60,937 bases of DNA from a virus (lineage: Duplodnaviria; Caudoviricetes), in IMG/VR virus record IMGVR_UViG_3300035670_000217, positions 1 through 60,937 of that record; one strand, given 5' to 3'. Below the pieces are notes generated by a model. That model searched no databases. It had not been told where the DNA came from and saw nothing but the letters and a program-made list of their open reading frames with translations. Shown here piece after piece: positions 51,590-60,597 of this stretch; positions within the stretch are counted from its first letter, which is position 1, and every line of letters begins with the position of its first letter. Position numbers and translations under genes: made by a program.

Positions 51590-51733
51590 AACTACCTCCT
51601 TGGGTGTGGAGGCAGGTTGCGGTGCGCAAGGTGGGCCGGATATGATGTCCGGGCACCGTTTCCCTACGCTGCAACCTGCCCGACCCCTCCTAGCCCTGCC
51701 AGGCGATGATGGAGGGGTTTCTCGTTTCTGGGG

Positions 51734-52195
51734 CTACCACTCTAGCGTGAGCCGAGCACATTCGGCTATGCACATGGCGTCGGCCAGGCCGTCTTGCGGC
51801 ACCTTGCACTTGCCCGGGATCAGGTTCACCGCCGGATAGGCGCGCTGCACGAAGGCGATGGCGTCGGCCTTGTCCTTCTTCGTGCCCTTCAGCACCTTGG
51901 CTTTCCAGTCCTGGGGGCGCACCAGGCGCACCGAGTAGCCCATGACCTCCAGGGCGCCGGTGATCCTGCCGTGGTTGGTGCCCTGGGTGACGCCGGACTG
52001 CACCGACTGCCCGGGGCGGACGCCGAGGCGCTCGACCATGACGCACGCCACCTCGAGGGGTGGCGGCAAGGCGTCAACGAGCGCGCGCACGTCGACTTCC
52101 TTGCCTCGGTGCGGCAAGGGTATGGCCCACTGCTCCTCGCGGCTCAGGAGGGCCAGTCCGCCGGCTAGGCCGGGGTCGATTCCGCAGACAATCAT
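51734..52195 (-). CDS. RuvC-like Holliday junction resolvase
   Basis: GIDPGLAGG, V.PQDWK, DGLADA motifs. Confidence 0.82.
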   Translation of the reverse strand: MIVCGIDPGLAGGLALLSREEQWAIPLPHRGKEVDVRALVDALPPPLEVACVMVERLGVRPGQSVQSGVTQGTNHGRITGALEVMGYSVRLVRPQDWKAKVLKGTKKDKADAIAFVQRAYPAVNLIPGKCKVPQDGLADAMCIAECARLTLEW

Positions 52196-53175
52196 GCCTC
52201 CACCTCCTTGAGTTCGGGTTGCCGGGCGCCGTAGTAGTCGAGAATCCATTGGATGCGATCGGGCACTAGCGCGGCATACTCGGGGTTGAGTTCGCCCAGG
52301 ATGGCGTTGCGGCCGTGAGCCAGCGCCACGCCGGCTGTCGTGCCGCTACCGCCGAACGGATCGAGCACCGTGCCGCCCTCGGGGCAGCCGGCCAGTATGC
52401 AGGGCTGAATCAGGTCCGGCGGGAAGGTGGCGAAGTGAGCACCCTTGTAAGGCCGCGTGGTCACGGTCCAGACGGTGCGACGGTTGCGCATGCCGGTGCT
52501 CTTGCGACGGCCCAGGCCGCCGTTGCCATTGGTGCTTTTCTTGTCAGGGTGCTCAGCCGGGCCGCGCTGGCGGCCACACACCTCGGGCTCCTTCACCGCC
52601 TCGGCGTCGTAGTAATACTTGGGCGACTTGCTCAGCAGGAAGACATACTCATGGGACTTGGTGCAGCGGTCGCGCACGCTTTCCGGCATCGGGTTGGGCT
52701 TGTGCCAGATGATGTCCTGACGCAGATACCATCCGTCTTGCTGGAGGGCGAAGGCCACGCGCCAGGGGATGCCGAGAAGGTTTTTAGACGGCACGCCGGG
52801 GTTTATCTTGACCGCTTTCCCTTCGTTCCCTCGCGCGTACTTGTCCCCGGCCTTCGGCCCTTTGCCGCCGTTCGTGGTAAGCGTGCTTTTGGACGACGGG
52901 TTGTTCCCGACCCCGCCAACAGAATTAGCGTAGCTATCTCCGAGGTTGAGCCATACCGTGCCGTCGTCGCGCAGCACTCGGCGCACCTCGCGGAACACGC
53001 GCACCAGCGCCTCCACGAACTCGTCAGGCGTGGGCTCGGCGCCAAGCTGACCCTCCACGCCGTAGTCGCGCAGACCGAAGTAGGGCGGGCTGGTGACGCA
53101 GGTATGCACCGACTGCTCGGGCAGGGTCTTGAGCGTCTCCAGGCAGTCGCCATGGAGAATCTTGAAATCAGGCAT
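52192..53175 (-). CDS. DNA methyltransferase, beta class (N4C/N6A)
   Basis: TSPPY catalytic motif, DIIWHKPNPMPES, HFATFP, VLDPFGGSGTT. Confidence 0.92.
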   Translation of the reverse strand: MPDFKILHGDCLETLKTLPEQSVHTCVTSPPYFGLRDYGVEGQLGAEPTPDEFVEALVRVFREVRRVLRDDGTVWLNLGDSYANSVGGVGNNPSSKSTLTTNGGKGPKAGDKYARGNEGKAVKINPGVPSKNLLGIPWRVAFALQQDGWYLRQDIIWHKPNPMPESVRDRCTKSHEYVFLLSKSPKYYYDAEAVKEPEVCGRQRGPAEHPDKKSTNGNGGLGRRKSTGMRNRRTVWTVTTRPYKGAHFATFPPDLIQPCILAGCPEGGTVLDPFGGSGTTAGVALAHGRNAILGELNPEYAALVPDRIQWILDYYGARQPELKEVEA

Positions 53176-53177
53176 CC

Positions 53178-53378
53178 TTAATCTCCCTCTCGTTCGTGGT
53201 GGCGGTCGGCCAGCATCTCGTCAGCGACGGCGCGGGCCGCCTGGCAGAAGTCGTAATGCCTCAGCGAGTAGTCCCGGTGCGCCGCCTGGTCGCCGACCTC
53301 CATGGCCTGTTCTGCAGCATCCAGGGCCGCCTTCGCCCTCGCCAGCCGCACGCCGGCGGCGCTGGTGATCATGATCAT
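53178..53378 (-). CDS. hypothetical protein
   Basis: GGAGGA RBS; ATGA coupling. Confidence 0.55.
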   Translation of the reverse strand: MIMITSAAGVRLARAKAALDAAEQAMEVGDQAAHRDYSLRHYDFCQAARAVADEMLADRHHEREGD

Positions 53379-53722
53379 GGGGCAAAGTCCTCCAGGGTCA
53401 GGATGCCGCGCATCACCCGGTTGCGGATGGTGCGGGCCAGGGCGCGGCGCAGATACCACTCGCAATGCGCGTACTCGCCGGGCGGCCAGGCGCTGCTGGG
53501 GCCGTCCAGGACTCGATGACATTCACTGCAGGCATCTACGGCATTGGTGTCATCCACCTTCGAGCCGGTCCCCTTGTGCTCGCCAGGCAGGTGCGCCAGC
53601 ACGGTGGTCGCGGTGTCGTGAGTGCAGACGCCGAGGATCTCCAGCGTGCAGGGCTGCCCGGAGGCAGCCTTGCGGTACTTGCTGGAACGGATCTTGGCGG
53701 GGTTATGCTCCGGCGCCAGCAT
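53375..53722 (-). CDS. DUF1364/YbcO-like nuclease-domain protein
   Basis: RKAA.GQPCTL.I.GVC....TTVLAH...G...K..D....ACS.CH. Confidence 0.8.
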   Translation of the reverse strand: MLAPEHNPAKIRSSKYRKAASGQPCTLEILGVCTHDTATTVLAHLPGEHKGTGSKVDDTNAVDACSECHRVLDGPSSAWPPGEYAHCEWYLRRALARTIRNRVMRGILTLEDFAP

Positions 53723-54641
53723 CGTCGCCCTCCTGGTTCAGCTCGGCGCGGGTCGGGCGGCGGTATTCCATCATCTCGCACAGCGAGGCCACGATCAGGG
53801 CGGCGTGAGCGGTGTTCATGGCCGCTTCCTGGCGCCAGTGGTGCAGGTCGTCGTCGACATCCTCCTGGGGGATCTCGCGCTCCGGCCAGTCAAAGCGCCG
53901 GAAGCGGAACTTGTCGGTCAGGTGGAAGTAGGCGCCGGCCAGCGACAGCTCGATCTTCTCCACCTGGAAGCCCTGGCCCAGCAGGTCGCGCACCTCCTCG
54001 TTGGCGATATCGAAGTCCTTGTAGGTCACCTTCTCGATCGGCTCACCCTCGGCCTTGCGGGCCAGCGTCAGGTTGTTGCCGACCTCGAAGCGCACGAAGC
54101 CGTCAGGATCGCCGTTGATGTGATTCACCAGCCGCGGCTTGAGCCCCTTGGTCCGACTGGTGACGTGGATGGTCTGCGTCTTCACCGACTCGCAGGCATG
54201 GATCAGCTCGCCGATCACGGCCTGGGCCACGGAGTCGCTGGTAGTGTCGACGAACAGCAAGGCCTGCTCCTCGTGGTAGTAGGCGCGCACATAGCTGGTC
54301 TTGATCAGCGCCACCTCGAGGAGGCCGGCCAGCACGCTCTCCTTGATGTCGGCCTTCTCGACCCGATTCGGGCGGCGACCGCGGTTCTCCTCGAACGCCT
54401 CGATCTCCTTATCGACCTCGGAGTTCACGATCGACGCCGGCACCAGGCGCTCATCGATCCGGTAGCGCAGGGCATAGCCTGCGTCGGGCAGGGGCTCGAC
54501 CAGATTCTCCCCCTTCAAGGCGACGAAGCCGCCGTTCTTGCGCTCCATGGAGTGCAGCTCGCGCCACGGGCGCTGCTCCAGGTGGGGGGTGAGATCCGCG
54601 GCGGAAGGCAGGTCGGCGGCAAAGACAATCGCGTTTTTCAT
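53703..54641 (-). CDS. rdgC: recombination-associated protein RdgC
   Basis: KNAIVF, GFV, ERLVPASIVN, E...GR...EK..IKE, LFVDTTS motifs. Confidence 0.82.
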   Translation of the reverse strand: MKNAIVFAADLPSAADLTPHLEQRPWRELHSMERKNGGFVALKGENLVEPLPDAGYALRYRIDERLVPASIVNSEVDKEIEAFEENRGRRPNRVEKADIKESVLAGLLEVALIKTSYVRAYYHEEQALLFVDTTSDSVAQAVIGELIHACESVKTQTIHVTSRTKGLKPRLVNHINGDPDGFVRFEVGNNLTLARKAEGEPIEKVTYKDFDIANEEVRDLLGQGFQVEKIELSLAGAYFHLTDKFRFRRFDWPEREIPQEDVDDDLHHWRQEAAMNTAHAALIVASLCEMMEYRRPTRAELNQEGDDAGAGA

Positions 54642-54655
54642 GGTGGTGTTCCTCT

Positions 54656-55231
54656 CTAGGCGTTGGGCGCAGCGTGATAGTGCGCCAGTTCAAGGCCGTG
54701 GCCTTTGTGAAAGCCGTTTTCGGCTCGAAACTCGAGGACGGCCATGGCCGCCTCGTCGATCTCCTCGAACAGGCCGAGGTGAATAGCCTTTCTGTTCAGC
54801 GTCACGCCGGCCGCCCATTTCCCGGCACCCTTGTGCCAATGGACGCCGGTGACGCCGCTTCGGTTGTTGATATTCCTGGAGAGATTGTGCTGATTGGCCA
54901 GTGGCGTTGAGGAGGCTATGTTCACCCAGCGGTTGTCGGTGGCGTCACGGTTGTCGTGGTCGATATTTGCCGGGGGCTCCTCGCCAGTCATCCACATCCA
55001 GATGATGCGGTGCTCAAGGTGCTTCTTGTTAAAAACCGCAACCGACCTGCGCCTGTACCCGCTCTCACCTACAACCAGGCCACCTGCTCGCTTTCCAGCA
55101 AACCTGGAGTTCCAGGCAGAGCAGGCGTGTTGAGACGAGAACCACTTGAGCTCCCTTTCCCTCCAGGAGAGCACCCCTGTATCAGGGGCGTAGTCGAATA
55201 GCTCTCGGACGATCTCTGCGGTGATCTCCAT
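54656..55231 (-). CDS. HNH homing endonuclease with AP2-like C-terminus
   Basis: LFDYAPDTG, HRIIW, IDHDNRDATDNRWVN, NNRSGVTGVHW, HLGLF; lower GC than flanks. Confidence 0.88.
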   Translation of the reverse strand: MEITAEIVRELFDYAPDTGVLSWRERELKWFSSQHACSAWNSRFAGKRAGGLVVGESGYRRRSVAVFNKKHLEHRIIWMWMTGEEPPANIDHDNRDATDNRWVNIASSTPLANQHNLSRNINNRSGVTGVHWHKGAGKWAAGVTLNRKAIHLGLFEEIDEAAMAVLEFRAENGFHKGHGLELAHYHAAPNA

Positions 55232-55240
55232 GCCGACCTC

Positions 55241-55822
55241 CTACGAGTAATTGAGGAGTTGTTCCGCTGCCGCTTCCGCGGCCTCCGGACTCTCGAAGTG
55301 CTGCTCCAATACCAGCGACCAACAGACCCCAAAGACCGCCCGGTAAAGCTCCCGGAAGGTGGCTTCATCCATGCTGGCAAAGGACCACGAAACGGGCTCT
55401 CGGCGAGGCCCTGCTGGCGTCATCACCTCCCGGTAGAAGCCGGCCTTTACCGTGATGAACGCCCGGAACGCCTCGAAGCTCTTGTCGATATCGAGAGTGC
55501 TTCGCTTGGCATTCAGGGCCTGAAGGAACTCGGTGGCGAGCTGGCAGCACGCCTCCTCGCTGACGCCTCGGCTGATCATGTAGTCCGTCAGGCGGATGAC
55601 GGTCGCCTTCTCCACCTCGGTAACCAAGGTGTCGGGCTCCCACATATCGAAGGTCATCTTCAACATGCTGAACACGAGCCGATGAAACGCCTCGTTGCGC
55701 GGCACGACCACCCGAGCCTTGAGGGGCTTGCCCTCGGGTAGTCCGCGAATGGCGTCCAGGCTCTCGTTGTCGGCGGCCACCAGCATGTCGCCGCGACGCT
55801 CAAGGCGCAGGGTCTTGGCCAT
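55241..55822 (-). CDS. DUF1367-family protein
   Basis: PRN..FHR..F..L...FD.WEP, KSFEAFR...V.AGFY, SFASMDE..F..LY. Confidence 0.82.
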   Translation of the reverse strand: MAKTLRLERRGDMLVAADNESLDAIRGLPEGKPLKARVVVPRNEAFHRLVFSMLKMTFDMWEPDTLVTEVEKATVIRLTDYMISRGVSEEACCQLATEFLQALNAKRSTLDIDKSFEAFRAFITVKAGFYREVMTPAGPRREPVSWSFASMDEATFRELYRAVFGVCWSLVLEQHFESPEAAEAAAEQLLNYS

Positions 55823-56159
55823 CGTCGCCCTCCTCCTCGTCGAGTAGGTCGAGGAGATCCACCGGCCGCTTGAGGCCGAGGTTATCGTAGAGCCCGATGA
55901 TCGCGGCGGCCAGGGCGCGCTCGTTGGACGTGGCCTTGGCCACCTGGGCGCGGCGCGGGACCACGACCCACTCCAGGCCGGGCACGGTCTTGAGGTTCTC
56001 CAGGTTGGAGCGCGTCATCTCGATGCCGACGGCATCCTTGACGCTGGCCAGGATGGTCTTGGGTGACAGGCCGCGCAGGGCCTCCTGGTGCTGCTCCAGG
56101 TAGCGGCAGACCATCACCACCTCACTGGTCGACAGCATTCGCCGGGTGATCTTGCTCAT
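55800..56159 (-). CDS. hypothetical protein
   Basis: GAGGAGG RBS; codon usage. Confidence 0.65.
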   Translation of the reverse strand: MSKITRRMLSTSEVVMVCRYLEQHQEALRGLSPKTILASVKDAVGIEMTRSNLENLKTVPGLEWVVVPRRAQVAKATSNERALAAAIIGLYDNLGLKRPVDLLDLLDEEEGDDGQDPAP

Positions 56160-56188
56160 GGGGCCTCCTCTCGTCGCAAGCTATTGAA

Positions 56189-56704
56189 TTAGAAGGGGAT
56201 GGTGTCATCAAAGTCGTCGAAACCGCCCGGATCGGGCGCGCCGTAGTTCCCCTGCTGCTGAGGCTGCTGACCGCCCTGGTACAGGTTGCGCCCCTGCTGC
56301 CCTATGCTCTGCTGCTGGGGCTGCTGGCCGCCGTAGCCGCCCTGCTGCTGAGGCTGCTGACCGCCCTGGGGGCTATCCAGCATCTGCATGTCGCGGATCT
56401 TGATCTCGGTGCTGTAACGGTCGGTGCCATCCTGGGCCTGCCACTTGCGGGTGTGCAGGCTGCCCTCGATGTAGATGCGACTGCCCTTCTTCACATACTG
56501 CTGGATGATCTCAGCGAGCTTGTCGAAGGCGTTGCAGCGGTGCCACTCGGTCTTCTCCTGGCGCTCCCCACTCTGCTTGTCCTTCCAGGTTTCCGTGGTG
56601 GCCAGGCTGAGGTTGGCTACGGCCACTCCTGAAGGCAGGAACCGCACCTCGGGGTCTTGGCCCACGTTGCCGATCAAGATCACCTTGTTGACGCCTCTCG
56701 CCAT
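56189..56704 (-). CDS. ssb: single-stranded DNA-binding protein
   Basis: [24 protein letters not shown] motifs; Q/G linker; DDFDDTIPF tail. Confidence 0.97.
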   Translation of the reverse strand: MARGVNKVILIGNVGQDPEVRFLPSGVAVANLSLATTETWKDKQSGERQEKTEWHRCNAFDKLAEIIQQYVKKGSRIYIEGSLHTRKWQAQDGTDRYSTEIKIRDMQMLDSPQGGQQPQQQGGYGGQQPQQQSIGQQGRNLYQGGQQPQQQGNYGAPDPGGFDDFDDTIPF

Positions 56705-56838
56705 GATGGTATTCCTCTATCGTTGATGATGGATGTGCTTGCCAAGGGGAGAATAGCCAGCATTATCCGATACCGCAAGAGCTGACTGGAATCCGGCGAT
56801 ACTCCTTGGTTATAGACACAACTGGACATTGGGAGACA

Positions 56839-56867
56839 TTGCACAGGGGTCTCGTTGGGTCTATGAT
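56839..56867 (+). promoter_or_regulatory. sigma70 promoter of the rightward recombination operon
   Basis: TTGCAC-17-TATGAT in the divergent intergenic region. Confidence 0.8.
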
Positions 56868-56963
56868 GTGTGACAGGTGGTAGCGCCGAGTGGCATCCAT
56901 CTACAACCAAGGCACAACCAGGAGCAACCATACCGCTCCATGACGCACCGAGAGGACTCACCC

Positions 56964-57968
56964 ATGATGGAATCCCTGAATCGCCAGTTCATCGACTTCA
57001 CCACTGAGGAGGCGTGGTTGGCTGACCGCGAGAAAGACCTCACCAGCACCGAGATCGCCGCCCTGTTCGGCGTCTCTCCCTACATGACCCACTACGAACT
57101 CTGGCACCGCAAGACCGGCCAGCTCGCCGTGGAGTTCGAGGGCAACGAGCGCACCAAGTGGGGCAACCGCCTGGAATCCGCCATCGCCCTGGGCGTGGCC
57201 GAGGATCTCGGCCTGGTGGTGGAGCCGTTCAAGGTCTACGCCCGCGTCGAGGATCGCCGCCTGGGCTCGTCGTTCGACTTCAAGATCACCGGCTTGGCCA
57301 AGGACTACACCGGCGAGGAGAACGACTACCGCGACCTGTTCCGCCGGCACGGCCCCGGGATCATGGAGGTCAAGAACGTCGACGGCCTGGTGTTCCGCCG
57401 GAGCTGGCTGCAGGACGGCGAGCTGGTCGAGGCGCCGCCGCACATCGAGCTGCAGGTGCAGCACCAGATGCTCGTATCCGGGCTCTCCTGGGCCTGCGTG
57501 GCGCCGCTGGTGGCCGGCAACACCCCGACCCCGTTCTATCGCGCCTACGACCCGAAGATCGGCGCCGCGATCATGAAGCGCGCAGAGGCCTTCTGGGCGA
57601 GCGTGGAGGAGGGCAAGGCCCCGACCCCAGAGTACGCCAAGGACGCCGACACCATCGCCACGCTGCTGCTGCAGGATGACGGCGAGAGCGTGGATCTCAC
57701 CGACAACGCCCGGTTCGCCGAGGTCTGCGCCGCCTACAAGGCGGCCAGCGCCGACGAGAAGGCCGCCATCGAGCGCAAGCGGGCCGCCAAGGGCGAGATC
57801 CTGGAGATCATGGGCACCGCTGCCACGGCCACCACCGAGGGCTTCAAGGTCAGCGCCAAGACGCGCAAGGGCAATCCGGGGAAGACCATCACGCCCGAGA
57901 TGGTCGGCGAGATCATCGGCGCCCGGAAGGCGACCCGCTATCCCACCATCACTCCAGTCAAGGGGTAA
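56964..57968 (+). CDS. YqaJ-like recombination exonuclease
   Basis: WL..R...LTSTEIAALFGVSPY, WG..LE, SSFD, EVKN, QVQHQM motifs. Confidence 0.9.
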   Translation: MMESLNRQFIDFTTEEAWLADREKDLTSTEIAALFGVSPYMTHYELWHRKTGQLAVEFEGNERTKWGNRLESAIALGVAEDLGLVVEPFKVYARVEDRRLGSSFDFKITGLAKDYTGEENDYRDLFRRHGPGIMEVKNVDGLVFRRSWLQDGELVEAPPHIELQVQHQMLVSGLSWACVAPLVAGNTPTPFYRAYDPKIGAAIMKRAEAFWASVEEGKAPTPEYAKDADTIATLLLQDDGESVDLTDNARFAEVCAAYKAASADEKAAIERKRAAKGEILEIMGTAATATTEGFKVSAKTRKGNPGKTITPEMVGEIIGARKATRYPTITPVKG

Positions 57969-57971
57969 GCC

Positions 57972-58850
57972 ATGAACGATCACACTCAGCACCAAGCGCC
58001 CGCCCAGCGCCCGCTGCCGCCGGCCCTGGCCTTCAAGCGCGACCTCGAGAAGTCGAACGACAAGTGGCGCAGCCTGCTTCCCGAGCATATCCGCCCGGAG
58101 AAGTTCGTTTCGGCGGCCATGTCGGCGATCAACCACAATCCCGATCTGCTGAATGCCGACAAGACCAGCCTGTTCAACGCCCTTAGCCAGTCGTGCCAGG
58201 ACGGCCTGCTGCCGGACAACCGCGAGGGCGCCCTGGTCATCCACAACACCAAGGTCAGCCGGCGCGGCGAGCCCGACATGTGGGTGGCCAAGGTGGCCTG
58301 GATGCCCATGGTCCGCGGCGTCCTCAAGAAGATCCGCCAGTCTGGCGAGGTCGCCACGATCACCCTGCAGGTGGTCTACCAGGGCGACGAGTTCGACTTC
58401 TGGGTGGACGACGAGGGCGAGCACCTCATGCACAAGCCGGCGTTCGACGCCGACCGCAGCGACGCCAACATCCGCCTGGCCTATGCCCTGGTGCGCATGA
58501 AGGACGGCGAGCTGCAGGTGGAGATCATCACCAAGGTCGAGCTGGAGAAGATTCGCAAGGCCAGCAAGACCGGCGCCAAGGGCTACGGCCCCTGGAAGGA
58601 CTGGTACGCGCAGATGGCGAAGAAGTCCGCCCTGCACCGCCTAGCGCCCAAGCTGCCGATCTCCTCGGAGCTGATCAACCTGATCCAGCGCGACGACGAG
58701 CTGTACGACTTCGACCAGCGCCAGGAACGCGACATCACGCCCAGCAAGCCCGAGCGTGGCCGTTCCTCGCGCCTGTCCCAACTGATCGACGACGAGGAGG
58801 AGAGCGATGCAAACGCAGACGCCGGAAGTGCCGTCCATGACGAGGGCTGA
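57972..58850 (+). CDS. recT: RecT-family single-strand annealing protein
   Basis: LP.HI..EKF, NPDLL.ADK.SL, GLLPD.REGA, VY.GDEF, GPW..W..QMAKKS.L.RL..KLP motifs. Confidence 0.9.
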   Translation: MNDHTQHQAPAQRPLPPALAFKRDLEKSNDKWRSLLPEHIRPEKFVSAAMSAINHNPDLLNADKTSLFNALSQSCQDGLLPDNREGALVIHNTKVSRRGEPDMWVAKVAWMPMVRGVLKKIRQSGEVATITLQVVYQGDEFDFWVDDEGEHLMHKPAFDADRSDANIRLAYALVRMKDGELQVEIITKVELEKIRKASKTGAKGYGPWKDWYAQMAKKSALHRLAPKLPISSELINLIQRDDELYDFDQRQERDITPSKPERGRSSRLSQLIDDEEESDANADAGSAVHDEG

Positions 58851-59001
58851 ACTGGCGCAGCGGTGGGGGGTGACCGAGCGCACCCTCGCCCGCTGGAAGC
58901 GCCTGGGGCGGGCTCTCCCGCCCGAGGCTCGGCACCTGGGCAAGCGCCCGGTGCGCTACCTGATCAGCGATGTTGAGGCCTTTGAGGCCAGCATCCGATA
59001 A
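58807..59001 (+). CDS. excisionase/AlpA-like HTH protein
   Basis: ELAQRWGVTERTLARW...G..P....G..VRY...DV..FE. Confidence 0.8.
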   Translation: MQTQTPEVPSMTRAELAQRWGVTERTLARWKRLGRALPPEARHLGKRPVRYLISDVEAFEASIR

Positions 59002-59026
59002 GCACCACCACCGAGAGGAAGACCGC

Positions 59027-60055
59027 ATGACCACCGAGACACTGAACGTCGAGATCATCCGCGACGAAGAAGGCGTGAAGATCACCGAGTACAGCCGCAC
59101 CCTGGCGGCGCTGGACGCCCTGGAGAAGAAGCACAAAGGGGTGGTGTTCGAGGTATCCACCACCGCCGGCATGAAGGAGGCCAAGGCCGCCAGGAAACAG
59201 TTGCGGGATCTGCGCGTGGCCCTGGAGAAGAAGCGCAAGGATCTCAAGGCGCCGGTCCTGGACTACACTCGCGCCCTGGACGGCCAGGCGAAGACGATCA
59301 CCGCCAGGATCGAGGCCCTGGAGAGCCCGATCGACGAGCAGGTGAAGGCCGAGGAACAGCGCAAGGCGCGCGAGAAGGCCGAGGCCGAGGCCGCCGAGCG
59401 TGCTCGCATCGACGCCCATCGCCAGGTGATCGAGGAGATGCGCAGTGCACCGCTGGCGATGATCGGCGAGGCATCCGACACCATCCGTCAGGCGTTCCAG
59501 TCTCTCCAGGCGACCGATCTCACCGGGCTCGAGGAGTTCCAGTCCGAGGCTGCACTGGTCAAGGACGAGGCGGCCGGCAAGCTGCACGAGCTGCTGAGAC
59601 AGACCATCGAGCGCGAGGAGGCTGTCGCCCGGGAAGCCGAGGACCGGCGCCAGCGCGAGGCGAAAGAGGCCGAGGAGAAGGCAGCCAGGTCCGCCGAGCT
59701 GGAGGAGCTGGAGGAGCTGCGGCGCTTCAAGGCGCAGCAGGAGGCCAAGGAACTCGAGGCGCGCAGGATCTCCGCCGCGGTGCCGGCCACCGACAGCGAG
59801 CCCAAGCCCGAGCCCGTCGCTGCGCCCGAGCCAGAGCCGGCCCCGCAAGAGGCGTACTTCGACGTCACCGTGGAATGGTCGGGCTACAGCCGAGGGCGCT
59901 CCCTCTACCGCGTGATGGCCGCCGACGCCAGCGAGGCCGCGGATCGTTGGGCCGAGGGCGAACTGGTCGAGCGCACCGTAGTCCGCGACGACACCGAGGG
60001 GGAGGTGTTCCTCGTGGAGCCCAGCGACGCACTGGCAGCGGCGGGAGGTGTGTGA
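59027..60055 (+). CDS. coiled-coil protein (DUF1351-like) with an extra C-terminal domain
   Basis: VST..GMKEAKAAR..LR..RVALEK.RKDLKAP...IE.LE.PIDEQ.K motif. Confidence 0.65.
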   Translation: MTTETLNVEIIRDEEGVKITEYSRTLAALDALEKKHKGVVFEVSTTAGMKEAKAARKQLRDLRVALEKKRKDLKAPVLDYTRALDGQAKTITARIEALESPIDEQVKAEEQRKAREKAEAEAAERARIDAHRQVIEEMRSAPLAMIGEASDTIRQAFQSLQATDLTGLEEFQSEAALVKDEAAGKLHELLRQTIEREEAVAREAEDRRQREAKEAEEKAARSAELEELEELRRFKAQQEAKELEARRISAAVPATDSEPKPEPVAAPEPEPAPQEAYFDVTVEWSGYSRGRSLYRVMAADASEAADRWAEGELVERTVVRDDTEGEVFLVEPSDALAAAGGV

Positions 60056-60597
60056 TGGCCCGTTATCAGCCAGGCAACTGCCCGGAGTGCAGAAGGCCGG
60101 TGGCCGCGAAGGCCGGGCATCCGCCGCCCAAGTGCCTCGACTGCGCGATGATCGGGATCGACCCACCGGCGCCGAGCGGCCACCGCACGACCCCTCAGGC
60201 CGCGCAAGGGGTGGCCGACAGGATGAAGGAGCTGGAGGCGCAGCGAGACGAGGCCATCGAGCAGCGCGACGCCCTGGCGGCGTCTGTGGAGCGGCTGAAC
60301 AACAAGCTGGGCGATATCAAGGATCAGCTCTACGGCCGAAACCTGCATGTTGCCGGTTGGCACCTGAACGGCGATCTAGAGCCGATGGATGCGTGGTTCA
60401 AGGACAACGATTGGGAGCCTGAATCAGAGCCCACAACCTCCCTCACCCGCCTCAAGGCCGAGTGGCAGGCGGAGGTGTTGGAGCGGTGCGCCAAAGGTGT
60501 CGCCGCATGTAAGCCGGGAGCCACCCCGAGGGGCATCAGTATTGCGATCAAGATGGAAGCTGAAGAACTCCGCCGCCAAGCCGAAGGAGGTGAGTGA
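60055..60597 (+). CDS. Ead/Ea22-like mosaic protein (N-terminal Zn ribbon plus coiled coil), tentative
   Basis: CPEC/CLDC, V.GWHLNG motifs; ends ELRRQAEGGE. Confidence 0.6.
   Translation: MARYQPGNCPECRRPVAAKAGHPPPKCLDCAMIGIDPPAPSGHRTTPQAAQGVADRMKELEAQRDEAIEQRDALAASVERLNNKLGDIKDQLYGRNLHVAGWHLNGDLEPMDAWFKDNDWEPESEPTTSLTRLKAEWQAEVLERCAKGVAACKPGATPRGISIAIKMEAEELRRQAEGGE

Noticed and set aside
56250-56370. ~30-bp duplication inside ssb
   Set aside because: Explained by the Q/G-rich disordered linker of SSB.
58807-59001. Integration/excision module
   Set aside because: An excisionase-like HTH is present, but no tyrosine or serine integrase or att site was recognised.
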